Below, piece by piece: positions 29,101 through 37,000 of a DNA stretch of 64,000 bases. The translations under genes were made by a program, and so were the position numbers. Under the pieces are notes generated by a model, which was given only the letters and a program-made list of their open reading frames with translations, had not been told where the DNA came from and made no database searches. The stretch is from Mizuhopecten yessoensis (lineage: Eukaryota), in contig NW_018408803.1 of NCBI RefSeq assembly GCF_002113885.1, positions 133,912-197,911 of the forward strand, given 5' to 3'. Numbering within the stretch: the stretch's first letter is position 1; each line of letters opens with the position of its first letter.

Positions 29101-32100
29101 GATGAGTAGGATACGGTTGTTGTTACTGTCCACTATGACTAGATTACCGACACTGTCATACACCACACCCCGGGGGGAAAATGGTTCACCTCCTGACTGT
29201 GATGTTGGTTGATATGTATGTGGGACTTCACCATCATATACAAATAGTTCCTTGAAATCTGTGTCCATGACAACAACATGTGGTTTCCCTTCACCACCAT
29301 CATCTTTACTATCCTTGTCAGTCACTGCCACATTGTGAGTGACAGGACACTCTGAGATCCTGTATGGTCTACAAACTAATGCTTTCCTAGTCCCCGCAGA
29401 CAATGTAGTATGTACCAATGTACCTTTAGTGGTAAATTTTGAGATATATTTGACCATCCCTACAAGGACATGGTTACTAGCTGTAATACAGATACACTGT
29501 GGTGTCTGTCTGGTACTGAATCTGTGTACTAGTCGTCCTGACACAAGCTCTGTGATGTTGTTTTCCTTGTCACAGACCCACAGTGTGTTGGTTTTGGGTG
29601 ACAGACTTATGTCTATGATCCTAGTATTGTGTGTAACCTCCTGTATTACTTTGCCCTTCCTGTCCAGGAGAGTTAAGGTGTTACTGCAAAAGTAACTGGT
29701 CCACACCTGACCATCAGTGATGGGACATACAGAAGTGATATGCCATGGAGACTCCCACTCCCCCAACACCTTGGTCTGAGCCAACAGGGTATACACTGGA
29801 CTGGTCACGTCCTTTCTTCTTTCTGATCTCTGTTGAGTAGATGGTGTCTTTTCTTTTGGTTCAGACTTCTGTTGAGTAGAGGATGCCCTAACCTTAAGGT
29901 TAGACTGATGTTGCTGATGTTGTGTTGAGAGTGGTCCTTGTCCAGCAGATGACCCAACAGAAAAATGATGATCTAGCAAGGCTTGACCATGACCTTGACC
30001 TGAGATGTTAAGTATTCCCAAAGCTTGTTCCAGGTAAGCCTGATGATTTTGGTTCGAAATGAAGCTAGCGGTACTCAAGGTAGGTTTTACAGGGAGTGGG
30101 ACAGTAAATTGAACCTCACATCCTGTGTCGTAGATTTGTATGTCAGAGCCGCGCTGAAGTGCTATCTTACATTCCTGTACTTGTTGTTTTAGCTGAGTGC
30201 TGTACATTTCTAGGTCCTGTTTGTACGTTTGTAGTAGCTTGGTGTTATCCTCGTCCATTTGTTGATAGAGAGACAGAGTCTGTGTTGTAAACAGGTCAAG
30301 GTCATGTTTTAATTTGTTGGTTTGTGTCTTTAACTGGTGCGAAAGTTTTTCAAAGTTGCTGGCGTTGTCCTTAAGATGTTCATCAGTAGCAGTGATGAAC
30401 TTGTCAATTTGTACCATGTCAGCTTTCTCAGTTTTGTTTATAAAAGTTTGAATGTCTTGTTTCTTTTGGAGATTAATTTCACTAAGGTCACACAAAGGAT
30501 GTTTCTTATGTACAGTAGACAGGCACTTGGTACAGGCTAGTTCTTGACATTCTTCGCAGTAAATGTCAAGTTGTCTCCCCTTGTGGTGAAAACAGGTAGT
30601 TTGACCCTTGGTGCGGGAAGGAATTTGACCTTTGTACAACGATGTGGCCATTTTGAAAAAGAGCAGAATGTTTTTTGTTTACTTTATCTTTCCTAATATT
30701 GATTTAATCGGTCACAGATTGAGGTTTCACTAAACCAGGTGTATTAACTTAGTCCTGTTTTCGCAGTATTGGTTCCACATTTCCTGTGTTGGTAGTTATG
30801 CTGTAGAATATATTTTTAAATGTCACAGAAATAGTCACTCACCTTGTGATTCAATGTCAGGTTGTCAAAAACACAGCACACAACAACGGTTTAGATACAA
30901 GAAAGTCCATCCAAGCAGTATATGTACCCCGCAACATATATCACAAGATTTCTGTCAATTGTAGATTAATATTTCGGTGAGTAGATCTAAAGTTTACTAG
31001 ATCACATGTTCACACGACCACAAAATGGGCCATTTATGATCAGATAGTAGGTTGTGTATGAGCTGTGTACCTGCATGGCCACAGCAGGTGATGTTATCTA
31101 CAGGGTCAGCGATAAGGGTTTATATGATATACATGTAACATATTTACATTTCTCTCTTCTTCAGCTTAGTAATCTCTGACTGCACATAAATTAGCATATA
31201 CGTAATGAAAAAAGGCTTGGGGGATTGATATCTGTTTCAAATATGGTGCCCTTCACGCTTCAGGGCGACAACTATTTGATAACAGCCATTATTTGTTTCC
31301 TTCAGCATCTAGAAACATGGAACATATTTTGGATCCATTATGTTTGATTATACAACAAAGGGATGCTGGCAAACTTCTGACTTCTGATGATGGATGCACA
31401 TTCAAAGGAGCAGGGTCTAAAGGGGGTAGTTTGGCCATATTAATTTAAGCGACTTCTTTTCTGAAACTAAGACAAGGATATCAATCATATTTGGTTGGAA
31501 GCATCCTTAGATGATGGGAATTCAAAATTGTACCAGCTAACCNNNNNNNNNNNNNNNNNNNNNNNNNNNNNNNNNNNNNNNNNNNNNNNNNNNNNNNNNN
31601 NNNNNNNNNNNNNNNNNNNNNNNNNNNNNNNNNNNNNNNNNNNNNNNNNNNNNNNNNNNNNNNNNNNNNNNNNNNNNNNNNNNNNNNNNNNNNNNNNNNN
31701 NNNNNNNNNNNNNNNNNNNNNNNNNNNNNNNNNNNNNNNNNNNNNNNNNNNNNNNNNNNNNNNNNNNNNNNNNNNNNNNNNNNNNNNNNNNNNNNNNNNN
31801 NNNNNNNNNNNNNNNNNNNNNNNNNNNNNNNNNNNNNNNNNNNNNNNNNNNNNNNNNNNNNNNNNNTGACTCTGTGATCGTGTAAGGCCAGTTCCCGGTG
31901 GTTAGGGAAGGTGCATTGATACACAGAGAGGACCTACGAGATTCCCCAGGCCAAGTCTCTGGGGGGGGCATCTAAGGTATATGAGGGGAAATACTGCCTT
32001 ATTGGCAAGCTAGCTCTTCCAGTGATGTGGTATTACCCGCAGACCCGCTCACTAGTTCAGCAATGTCGAGTGTGGTTAGTAGCTGGATGGGTGACCGCAC

Positions 32101-33002
32101 GCATGTTACATTTGGTGGCAACTAATGACTCTGTGATCGTGTAAGGTTAGTTCCCGGTGGTTAGGGAAGGTGCATTGATACACAGAGAGGACCTACGAGA
32201 TTCCCCAGGCCAAGTCTCTGGGGGGGGGGCATCTAAGGTATATGAGGGGAAATACTGCCTTACTGGCAAGCTAGCTCTTCCAGTGATGCGGTATTACCCG
32301 CGGACCCGCTCACTTGTTCAGCAATGTCGAGTGTGGTCAGTAGTTGGCATGAATGGGTTGCTATTCGCACGTTACAGAATGTAAATCGTTTTAAAATGTA
32401 ACCTTGGTATCCACTGTTGTAGATAAATATCCTATTTTATTTCTGAATACTTCTTCTGTATGTATCCCACCAAGTATGTAACCACCACTCATTATACTGC
32501 CAATTCTCACCAATGATGGCAGTATCACAAGGTCAGTGTATAACAAGGTATATTGCCGCCATATGTCTGGTGAAATATCGCTATTATAAAGGGGTTTGGT
32601 AACACATGGAGAGAGAAATACAAAGATATTGATAAGGAAAAGGGAAAATTTTAACATTTTGGCCGTAAGTAATCACAAGGTGACCAATGTCAATAATTTG
32701 AGGTTCTTATATACCACTTTATCACAACCTAGTTTGTAGGTCGTCTCAAAGCGGTTCACAAATTATTATCCGTGGTTAGGAACATTATAATAATGTTTTA
32801 CTGTATATGTGTATAACTGCTACTAAAGTGAATATATTTCTTGTATTTCCAGATCTGCTATTTCATCGGTATTTTGGTTCTGTCCTACGCTGCTGCATAC
32901 ATCGTATCTATGGCAGTAGAGGCTCCGATGATTGGTCTGGAAAAAATCCTCATACCGCTCCTGAAGAACCGTGTTATCAGATGTTCAAGCTTTTCCTCCT
33001 GA
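199..33002 (+). CDS. Nose resistant to fluoxetine protein 6-like / O-acyltransferase-like (NRF domain + acyltransferase-3), 15 exons: join(199..553,1113..1270,2233..2320,3139..3217,5158..5390,8930..9103,12215..12308,13456..13548,14442..14634,17232..17311,20561..20659,23605..23752,25015..25204,27246..27385,32853..33002), 757 aa
   Basis: Manual splicing with GT-AG sites and matching phases gives an open 2274-nt CDS. It has a signal-peptide-like N-terminus and NRF motifs MIDSAGKLPSG..GSYDEC and GVCVPHSC. Acyltransferase-3 motifs are LNGMRVLSMWWIILGH, SVDTFFFMSG, HRFWRLTP, WYLANDMQFY, YTRIAPY, LGRLTYCAYLIH and EAPMIGLEK. Confidence 0.93.
703..804. mobile_element. Hairpin MITE-like inverted repeat; a second, weaker one at ~608..687
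   Basis: TAGCCCGAGTTT..CTGGCCCTGACATCAGAC pairs with GTCTGGTGTCAGGGCCAG..AAACTCAGGCTA. Confidence 0.55.
1113..1270 (+). CDS. NRF-6-like exon 2
   Basis: tttcag acceptor; MIDSAGKLPSGVMQGKLAWIGSYDECIDI..GKYC; donor GTATGA. Confidence 0.92.
1322..1449 (-). mobile_element. Solo tRNA-like LTR of the same family as 4768..4893
   Basis: TG..CA ends; reverse complement reads CCAGGTAGCTCAATTGG..AGAGCATCTG..GGTCCCAGGTTTGTATCCCTGTCTGGCCA. Confidence 0.5.
2233..2320 (+). CDS. NRF-6-like exon 3
   Basis: IPGRLLMNGVCVPHSCTAKDL; donor GTAAGT. Confidence 0.9.
2809..3020. mobile_element. Tc1/mariner-type MITE; similar elements at ~14725..14917 and ~16416..16934
   Basis: TACTGTAGAATC...GATTTTACAGTA termini with TA flanks. 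Confidence 0.55.
3139..3217 (+). CDS. NRF-6-like exon 4
   Basis: tttacag acceptor; AIAKEPVQTYMSCEEPMLLTTGAKAA; donor GTATGT; phases fit both neighbours. Confidence 0.82.
3290..4028 (+). repeat. 35-bp minisatellite (GGGCACAGAATTAAAAGTACGGGAAAGGAAACTTA), interrupted by an assembly join at 3437
   Basis: Direct tandem units. Confidence 0.92.
4612..4893 (-). mobile_element. Miniature LTR element with tRNA-like LTRs (Helenus-like)
   Basis: Direct repeats ~4612..4685 (truncated) and 4768..4893 (TGTAAC..CTACA) contain a minus-strand tRNA A/B box-like sequence; PPT complement TTCCTCCCTCCTTT at 4686..4699. Confidence 0.55.
5158..5390 (+). CDS. NRF-6-like exon 5
   Basis: TM segment AVCGIIAFLVAMGTLVD followed by a hydrophilic loop; donor GTAAAG. 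Confidence 0.85.
6345..7668 (+). mobile_element. Non-autonomous Helentron/HINE-like element with ~321-bp internal tandem repeats (~3.3 copies)
   Basis: (CGTC)n-like microsatellite near the 5' end; repeat anchors at 6492, 6813, 7134 and 7456; 3' end CAGGTGACCG..AGGCCCTTGGGCATCTTGTT. Confidence 0.65.
7915..8900 (-). mobile_element. L1/Tx1-type LINE 3' fragment (zf-RVT region) with microsatellites in the 3' part
   Basis: Minus-strand translation LQWLRFRINHYFLTTN*LYKIGL..FC..ERETITHVLWEC; A-rich end near 7915-7945; (CATCCT)n at 8025-8092 and (GA)n at 8119-8182. Confidence 0.55.
8930..9103 (+). CDS. NRF-6-like exon 6
   Basis: SFSILTNTRKLL..LNGMRVLSMWWIILGHTY; donor GTAAGC. Confidence 0.93.
9138..10738 (+). 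repeat. 45-bp minisatellite with a ~66-bp interrupting block repeated three times (higher-order structure)
   Basis: Unit CCTGTACAGGTAGGAGTCTAGTTGTCTAGTGAAACTACATCTTTA; block CCATCTGATGCAG..GAGTGACATAAA at ~9277, ~10291 and ~10673. Confidence 0.95.
11952..12102 (+). repeat. 48-bp tandem repeat, ~3 copies
   Basis: GTTCTGTAGCTAGCC at 11952, 12000 and 12048. Confidence 0.85.
12215..12308 (+). CDS. NRF-6-like exon 7
   Basis: FQAILNGTVSVDTFFFMS; donor GTAAAT. Confidence 0.93.
12341..12560 (+). mobile_element. tRNA-derived SINE with V-domain-like core
   Basis: GGGCCGTGGTGGCCAAGTGGTTAAGG box A, GGTTCGAGAC box B, GGTGGTTTTTCT..CCGGCTTTCCTCCACCA core, (AAAC)n tail. Confidence 0.8.
12821..12911. mobile_element. 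piggyBac-type MITE (83 bp, TTAA TSD); copies at 20719..20809 (inverted) and 26252..26342; related family at ~5430..5517 and ~13317..13409
   Basis: TTAA-CCCTTTCA...TGAAAGGG-TTAA. Confidence 0.75.
13456..13548 (+). CDS. NRF-6-like exon 8
   Basis: GLLVTYLFLK..FYFHRFWR; donor GTAGGA. Confidence 0.93.
14442..14634 (+). CDS. NRF-6-like exon 9
   Basis: RLTPVY..CSKSWWANLLYINNY; donor GTTTGT. Confidence 0.93.
15423..15945 (+). mobile_element. Non-autonomous Helentron/HINE-like element
   Basis: 5' TTTAGCTCGCTTGGCCCAAAGGGCCATGTGAGCT, CCGT microsatellite, 3' CAGGCGAGCGATACAGGCCCTCTGGGTCTCTTGTT. Confidence 0.65.
15948..16165 (-). mobile_element. SINE/L2-type 3' tail with (ATT)n end; second copy at ~32703..32778
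   Basis: A ~75-bp segment CTTATATACCGCTTTATCACAACCTAG..CAAAGCGGTTCACAAATTATTATCCGTGGTTA is nearly identical in both places. Confidence 0.55.
17232..17311 (+). CDS. NRF-6-like exon 10
   Basis: CMGWSWYLANDMQFYIISP; donor GTGAGT. Confidence 0.94.
17522..17845 (+). mobile_element. Same SINE family, with a duplicated 5' head
   Basis: Head present twice (17522.., 17620..), then core and tail. Confidence 0.8.
18120..18460 (-). mobile_element. CR1-type LINE 3' fragment
   Basis: Minus-strand motifs YRRMRGDIINVYKI, RTRGH, LDIRKHSFSYRTV, LPEAV. Confidence 0.65.
18771..20050. mobile_element. 1280-bp non-autonomous TIR DNA element with 6-bp TSD, inserted into another repeat (18666..20370)
   Basis: Imperfect TIR TAGACCTGCTAA / TTAGCGGGTATG; AGTTTC at 18765-18770 and 20051-20056. 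Confidence 0.6.
20561..20659 (+). CDS. NRF-6-like exon 11
   Basis: Strong polypyrimidine acceptor; TM segment KIGFVVCGFLIGACIFIRAM; donor GTAAGT at 20660. Confidence 0.87.
20888..22461 (+). mobile_element. Non-autonomous Helentron/HINE-like element with ~145-bp internal tandem repeats (~9-10 copies)
   Basis: 5' TTTTTAGTTGACCTGCCCGAAGGGCAGGTGAGCT; repeated AAAATGACCTTGACCTACTTTCAAGGTCACAG; 3' CAGGTGAGCGATGACAGGCCCTCTTTGGCCTCTTGT. Confidence 0.7.
23605..23752 (+). CDS. NRF-6-like exon 12
   Basis: LYNKMYTRIAPYIVGMLLGYVL; donor GTAAGC. Confidence 0.92.
24484..24590 (+). repeat. Short 28-bp tandem repeat related to the 50.1-53.3 kb satellite
   Basis: GAGTATCCCCACAATGTATCTAACCAAT units. Confidence 0.8.
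25015..25204 (+). CDS. NRF-6-like exon 13
   Basis: LLGWAVA..RVAWSLALAWVVFACATGYGG; donor GTAAGA. Confidence 0.94.
26343..26490 (-). mobile_element. V-core SINE fragment followed by an inverted partial copy
   Basis: GGAAACCTGAGTACCAGGAGAAAACCC core complement; TGACCTCATACCTTTTCAC and GTGAAAAGGTATGAGGTCA form an inverted pair. Confidence 0.55.
27246..27385 (+). CDS. NRF-6-like exon 14
   Basis: VNSLLSWSAWAPLGRLTYCAYLIHP; donor GTAAGG. Confidence 0.94.
28117..28395 (+). mobile_element. Two more diverged 5S-containing LTR-like copies of the same family
   Basis: Aligns to 31969..32110. The second copy (28248..28395) runs TTTAAC..CGTTACA and is preceded by purine tract AAAGGGGATAG. Confidence 0.6.
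28963..30651 (-). CDS. RING-less TRIM-like protein (B-box, coiled coil, Q/S-rich linker, NHL-like beta-propeller), 562 aa, nested antisense in NRF-6 intron 14
   Basis: Intact single-exon ORF; B-box CFHH..YCEECQELACTKCLSTVHKKH; heptad-rich helical region; NHL-like repeats such as PRGVVYDSVGNLVIVDSNNNRILLI. Confidence 0.9.
   Translation of the reverse strand: MATSLYKGQIPSRTKGQTTCFHHKGRQLDIYCEECQELACTKCLSTVHKKHPLCDLSEINLQKKQDIQTFINKTEKADMVQIDKFITATDEHLKDNASNFEKLSHQLKTQTNKLKHDLDLFTTQTLSLYQQMDEDNTKLLQTYKQDLEMYSTQLKQQVQECKIALQRGSDIQIYDTGCEVQFTVPLPVKPTLSTASFISNQNHQAYLEQALGILNISGQGHGQALLDHHFSVGSSAGQGPLSTQHQQHQSNLKVRASSTQQKSEPKEKTPSTQQRSERRKDVTSPVYTLLAQTKVLGEWESPWHITSVCPITDGQVWTSYFCSNTLTLLDRKGKVIQEVTHNTRIIDISLSPKTNTLWVCDKENNITELVSGRLVHRFSTRQTPQCICITASNHVLVGMVKYISKFTTKGTLVHTTLSAGTRKALVCRPYRISECPVTHNVAVTDKDSKDDGGEGKPHVVVMDTDFKELFVYDGEVPHTYQPTSQSGGEPFSPRGVVYDSVGNLVIVDSNNNRILLISGRGEFLRFIQTGDNPPQAVGVDREDVMWAAFGFNNVKILQYSSV
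31866..32376 (+). mobile_element. Miniature LTR retrotransposon with 5S rRNA-derived LTRs, tandem arrangement (internal-LTR-internal-LTR), left end lost in an N gap
   Basis: Repeats 31969..32110 and 32230..32376 end in GTTACA. PBS-like TTTGGTGGCAA at 32111; G8-G10 tract before each repeat. 5S box A/box C-like AGTTCAGCAATGTCGAG..GGTTAGTAGCTGGATGGGTGACCGC at ~32044-32098. Confidence 0.65.
32853..33002 (+). CDS. NRF-6-like exon 15 (last coding exon)
   Basis: ICYFIGILVLSYAAAYIVSMAVEAPMIGLEKIL, TGA at 33000-33002; AATAAA near 33133. Confidence 0.92.
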   Translation: MCYFIGILVLSYAAAYIVSMAVEAPMIGLEKILIPLLKNRVIRCSSFSS

Positions 33003-33813
33003 TTCACTTTCGTTATAAGAGAAAATCAAGACAATTTCCATCTGAGTTTTAGCCTGTATTATGTAACAAATTAAGGTCAATCTTCAATTTCATTGTACAG
33101 ATATTTTTGAAATCATTAAAATTGTAAGCAAAATAAACATGTGTATGATATTCAAAACCATACAATCAGATAATATACACAAAAACACAGTGTCATAATA
33201 TTTCTGAACTTTATTTTCAGAAGAAATTAATTTGAACATTTGACTTCTATAGTTTGACTTATGTAATCAAGTTAATTAATTCAAATCATCTGAATAAATT
33301 TATATGCTGATGTCCTGATTTTGAATATGAAATTTAACAATAATCTGAATTAAAATGTATCATTTTTATGTATTTTATTTTTAGAAATAATAATACAATC
33401 AGTCATGTAATAATAACATGTTTTCAACTTCTAAAGATCATTTGAAGAAACACGATTTTTATGATGAAAGTCAAAAATCTATACGAACATGTCTTTATAG
33501 CATACCTTTTTGTTTTTAAATTCAAAAGGAAAGTGATTTTAAATGTATATAAATTTTAGATAAATCTGAACTCTCAGATTCTATCATTTGAATGCACAAA
33601 ATTTGCATATCATATATAGCTTTCATAATTATTTGTAAAATAACTGGAATAATATATATAATTATATTTATATACATAATTCAAATAATCAATTGAATTT
33701 TGATAGAAAATATTATACAGTGACTTGATAATTACATTCCATCGAAAACAAATTGTTTATTGTATATTTTATACATTGATACAGAAATGTTGTACCATGT
33801 AAACAGAAAACCA

Positions 33814-34005
33814 TCAATCATGTTCAAATGTAAACAATTAATTGAAAGCTTAACCTGTGTTATTGTGAAACCTGTTTAATCAGACGTTCAATCATGTTCA
33901 AATGTAAACAGTTAATTGTAAGCTTAACCTGTGTTATTGTGAAACCTGTATAATCAGACCTTCAATCATGTCCAAATGTAAACATTATTGGTAAGCTTTA
34001 CCTGT
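33814..34005 (+). repeat. 74-bp tandem repeat, ~2.6 copies
   Basis: TCAATCATGT at 33814, 33888 and 33962. Confidence 0.8.
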
Positions 34006-34404
34006 ATTGGAAAACCAAGATGGATGGCAGGTGGTCATATTGAACTTGGGAGTAACAGATTTTTAGCCCTATTGCTCAAAAAGCATTGGAGGGATCTTTT
34101 TCAAATTTCACATAAGGGTTCCTCTTGGTTCTTAATTTTTGGACTGATCTGAAAACCAAGATGCAAACAGGTGGCCATCTTGCTACAGTTTAAGTTTGTT
34201 ATCAGTATTTCTCAGAATGTTTTGGAAGACTTGGTCCTGAGTTGTATGTGCATGTTAACTTCTGAGGTTGATCAAAAGACTGATTAAGATGGCGGACAGG
34301 CAAACTGATCAAACTGACATAGAACTAACGAAGATGGTACAATGGTGGGCACCTCTGGGATCTCTTGTTAAATGAATCAGAATTGAATAAGCTGAATGTT
34401 TTTG

Positions 34405-34797
34405 ACCTCGGGACTTATTTCAGGACTATGTTGGCCCTCAGGGCTTATTTCAGGATAATGTTGGCCGTCTGGACTTACAATGTATTTCAGGATTATGTTG
34501 GCCCTATGGTCTTGTTTCAGGATTAAGTTGGCCCTCTGGACTTGTTTAAGGATAATGTTGGCCCTCTGGACTTATTTCAGGATAATGTTGGCCCTCAGGG
34601 CTTATTTCAGGATTATGTTGGCCCTATGGTCTTGTTTCAGGATTAAGTTGGCCCTCTCGACTTATTTCAGGATTATGTTGGCCCTCTGGACTTATTTCAG
34701 GATTATGTTGGCACTCTGGACTTATTTCAGGTTAATGTTGGCCCTCTGGACTTATTTCAGGATTATGTTGGCCCTCTGGACTTATTTCAGGACTACA
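34405..34797 (+). repeat. 30-bp minisatellite
   Basis: GGCCCTCTGGACTTATTTCAGGATTATGTT units. Confidence 0.92.
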
Positions 34798-36786
34798 TTT
34801 GTCCTTATGCCTCAGTTGGGATTATGTTACAGAATCTTAGCTCTCGACTGAGATAACCCGACCTCGCTCAGTTACAGGTAATACATTTTATTAGTGTGTC
34901 TTACATTGCTAGTGCCTTTAAATGAAATTAATGTACATATATTAACCAGGAACAACTTATTATTTCACGATTTACCTTTACAAAGTTTTTGTTGTGACAG
35001 ATTTTAATAGTACGTAGGATTACGGTCGCCTTCTAGCTTCGAGCTCTAAGGTCTAATTTCCCTTTAGCTCAGTGGTACAATCCAACTAGGAACCTAGGGG
35101 TCACGGGTTCAATCCCAGGTGGAAGCACACTATTTTCCAGGATAAAGTCTTAATTCTACAATATACTTTCCATAAAGATGTCTTTTTTCAGCAAATTAGA
35201 AACGTTAATTTGAATTCAATATGAATTCAGAATATGGAAATTGCTGTCAGGTTTTTGCTTTGGAATACTTGTTGACCCATAATTTTCTCATGTCCAAAGT
35301 TTTGTACCAAGGACAGAATCAGATGGGACAGAGACTACTTCAGTCCTCATGAAGATTCGTCTATGTTCGATGATATATCAAGCTTGTTGTATTTGATACA
35401 GATACAGACTATGTCCTCAATTGTTGTATTATTCTTTAAGCATTATTTTTATTTGTTAGCAGTATCTGGTACATATGCAAGACCACACACTTGTGTTTTT
35501 CTAACGAATTAGAAAGCACAAGTTTATTGCACGGACGAATATATTCAAGAGTGTGAATATATACGTCCGCACAATAAATTAGCGCTTTCTGATTCATTAG
35601 AAAAACACAAGTGTGTGGTCTTGCTTTTATCACATTCCTTCCGTATTTGGTAGAGATCGATACAAAGATTTTATAAACTTTGATATTTTTTGCAAATACC
35701 GGAAACTTTTCAGTTCGCCATGACAAGGGGATTCCCATAAAAAGTAGTTCCGGCTAGCATGGTGATAAAACACTTGTATCACACATGTTTGATACAAACC
35801 GACAGAAAGCCTCAACAGAAATTTGTTGTATTACTATTGTAAGATTACATAGGTATGTGATAAACAGATTTCACAAGTACCCGCTCCTAAATTGACCAAA
35901 CAATTAATCATGAGAATGTTATTATTTTATGGGCTATATATATTTTGTTTGAAAGCTTAGTATTAATTATGTAGTGAAAAGTGGGTTTTTTTCACCTCTT
36001 GGTTTTTAACTTTAGTGATGAAATATTAAGTGAATGAATCGCCAAAATATCTTCAAATCTAGAAAAGATTTTAGTGTAAATGTGGAATTTAAACATTTAA
36101 ATTGAACCTTCTCAGAGAAGTTTCGTGATATTGCGGCGTGGTATGGTAAATTATGCATAATAATATTATTCTCCACAGTTTGTTTAATTATTATTAAAAC
36201 ATTTCCATATTGTATATTTTATGTTTATTTGTTTAAATGATTTTATATATCCATATATTCTACCTTAATAATCAACCGGAGACCCCTGGACCAAGAATCA
36301 GGGTTTGATATTGACGTGGCCGTATATTGTAAATGATATTATATCAACTATAATGACTGTGGTCTAACTAGAGTACGTGGAAAGAAACAGGCAGTTACGA
36401 TGCTCATGTCTGGCCACTATGGTACAACCTACCGATTTCCTTTGGTCGGACCAGAGCAACTAGTTGTCGTCTGTGCATGCCTGATTATTTGAAAGCAAGG
36501 CAGTGATTGGTTGTTGTTTAACAGCATGTGTAAGCACATTAGGTGTAACAGCCCGACTATGGTAAATGGCTGATGATGGAAATCACCCTATCGTATACTA
36601 CACTCTGTCAGCGGTTATTAGTAATATCAGCATTATGAACAGGAACACTTTGGTCTCAAATAACTGATGCACTAGTTAGAATCAGTTGTACTTTAAGTAG
36701 AATAAGAATAACTTGTGAACTGGGCAGATAGAAATTAGACAGAAGTGTGGCCTATGCACAGCTAGTAATATGATAAAATACATACA

Positions 36787-37000
36787 CGGTGGCGGAGTGG
36801 TTAAGGCGTCTGACCGTCTGAATCAATATAGCCCTCCACCACTGGGTCGCGGGTTCAAGGCCTAAGTGGTGCAGTCGCCAGGTACTGGCCGCAGGTCAAT
36901 GGTTTTTCTCTAGGAACTCCAGCTCTCCTCCATCAAAACCGGGCACATCCTTAAATGACCATAGCTGTTAATAGGACATAAAACACAAACAAACCCAACC
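36787..37000 (+). mobile_element. Same SINE family
   Basis: Aligns to the copies at 12341 and 17620. Confidence 0.78.

Noticed and set aside
29339-30540. Plus-strand ORFs overlapping the TRIM-like genes (also 42806..44630)
   Set aside because: Antisense shadows of the real coding sequences with no recognisable motifs.
30801-30842. Possible 5'UTR intron of the nested TRIM-like gene (GTGAGT..CTACAG on -)
   Set aside because: Only 42 nt, which is unusually short; it cannot be supported without transcripts.
31481-31971. ORFs spanning N runs (also 40356..40881)
   Set aside because: Artefacts of assembly gaps.
32044-32098. Functional 5S rRNA gene
   Set aside because: Only the internal control region is similar. 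The 5' and 3' parts of 5S and a T-run terminator are absent, so it is treated as TE-borne.
34480-34851. 123-aa repetitive hydrophobic ORF
   Set aside because: Translation of the 30-bp minisatellite.
35063-35130. tRNA genes (also 1340..1420, 13260..13316, 15165..15240)
   Set aside because: A/B boxes are recognisable but the stems are degenerate and the copies are embedded in repeats; these are tRNA-derived elements, not genes.
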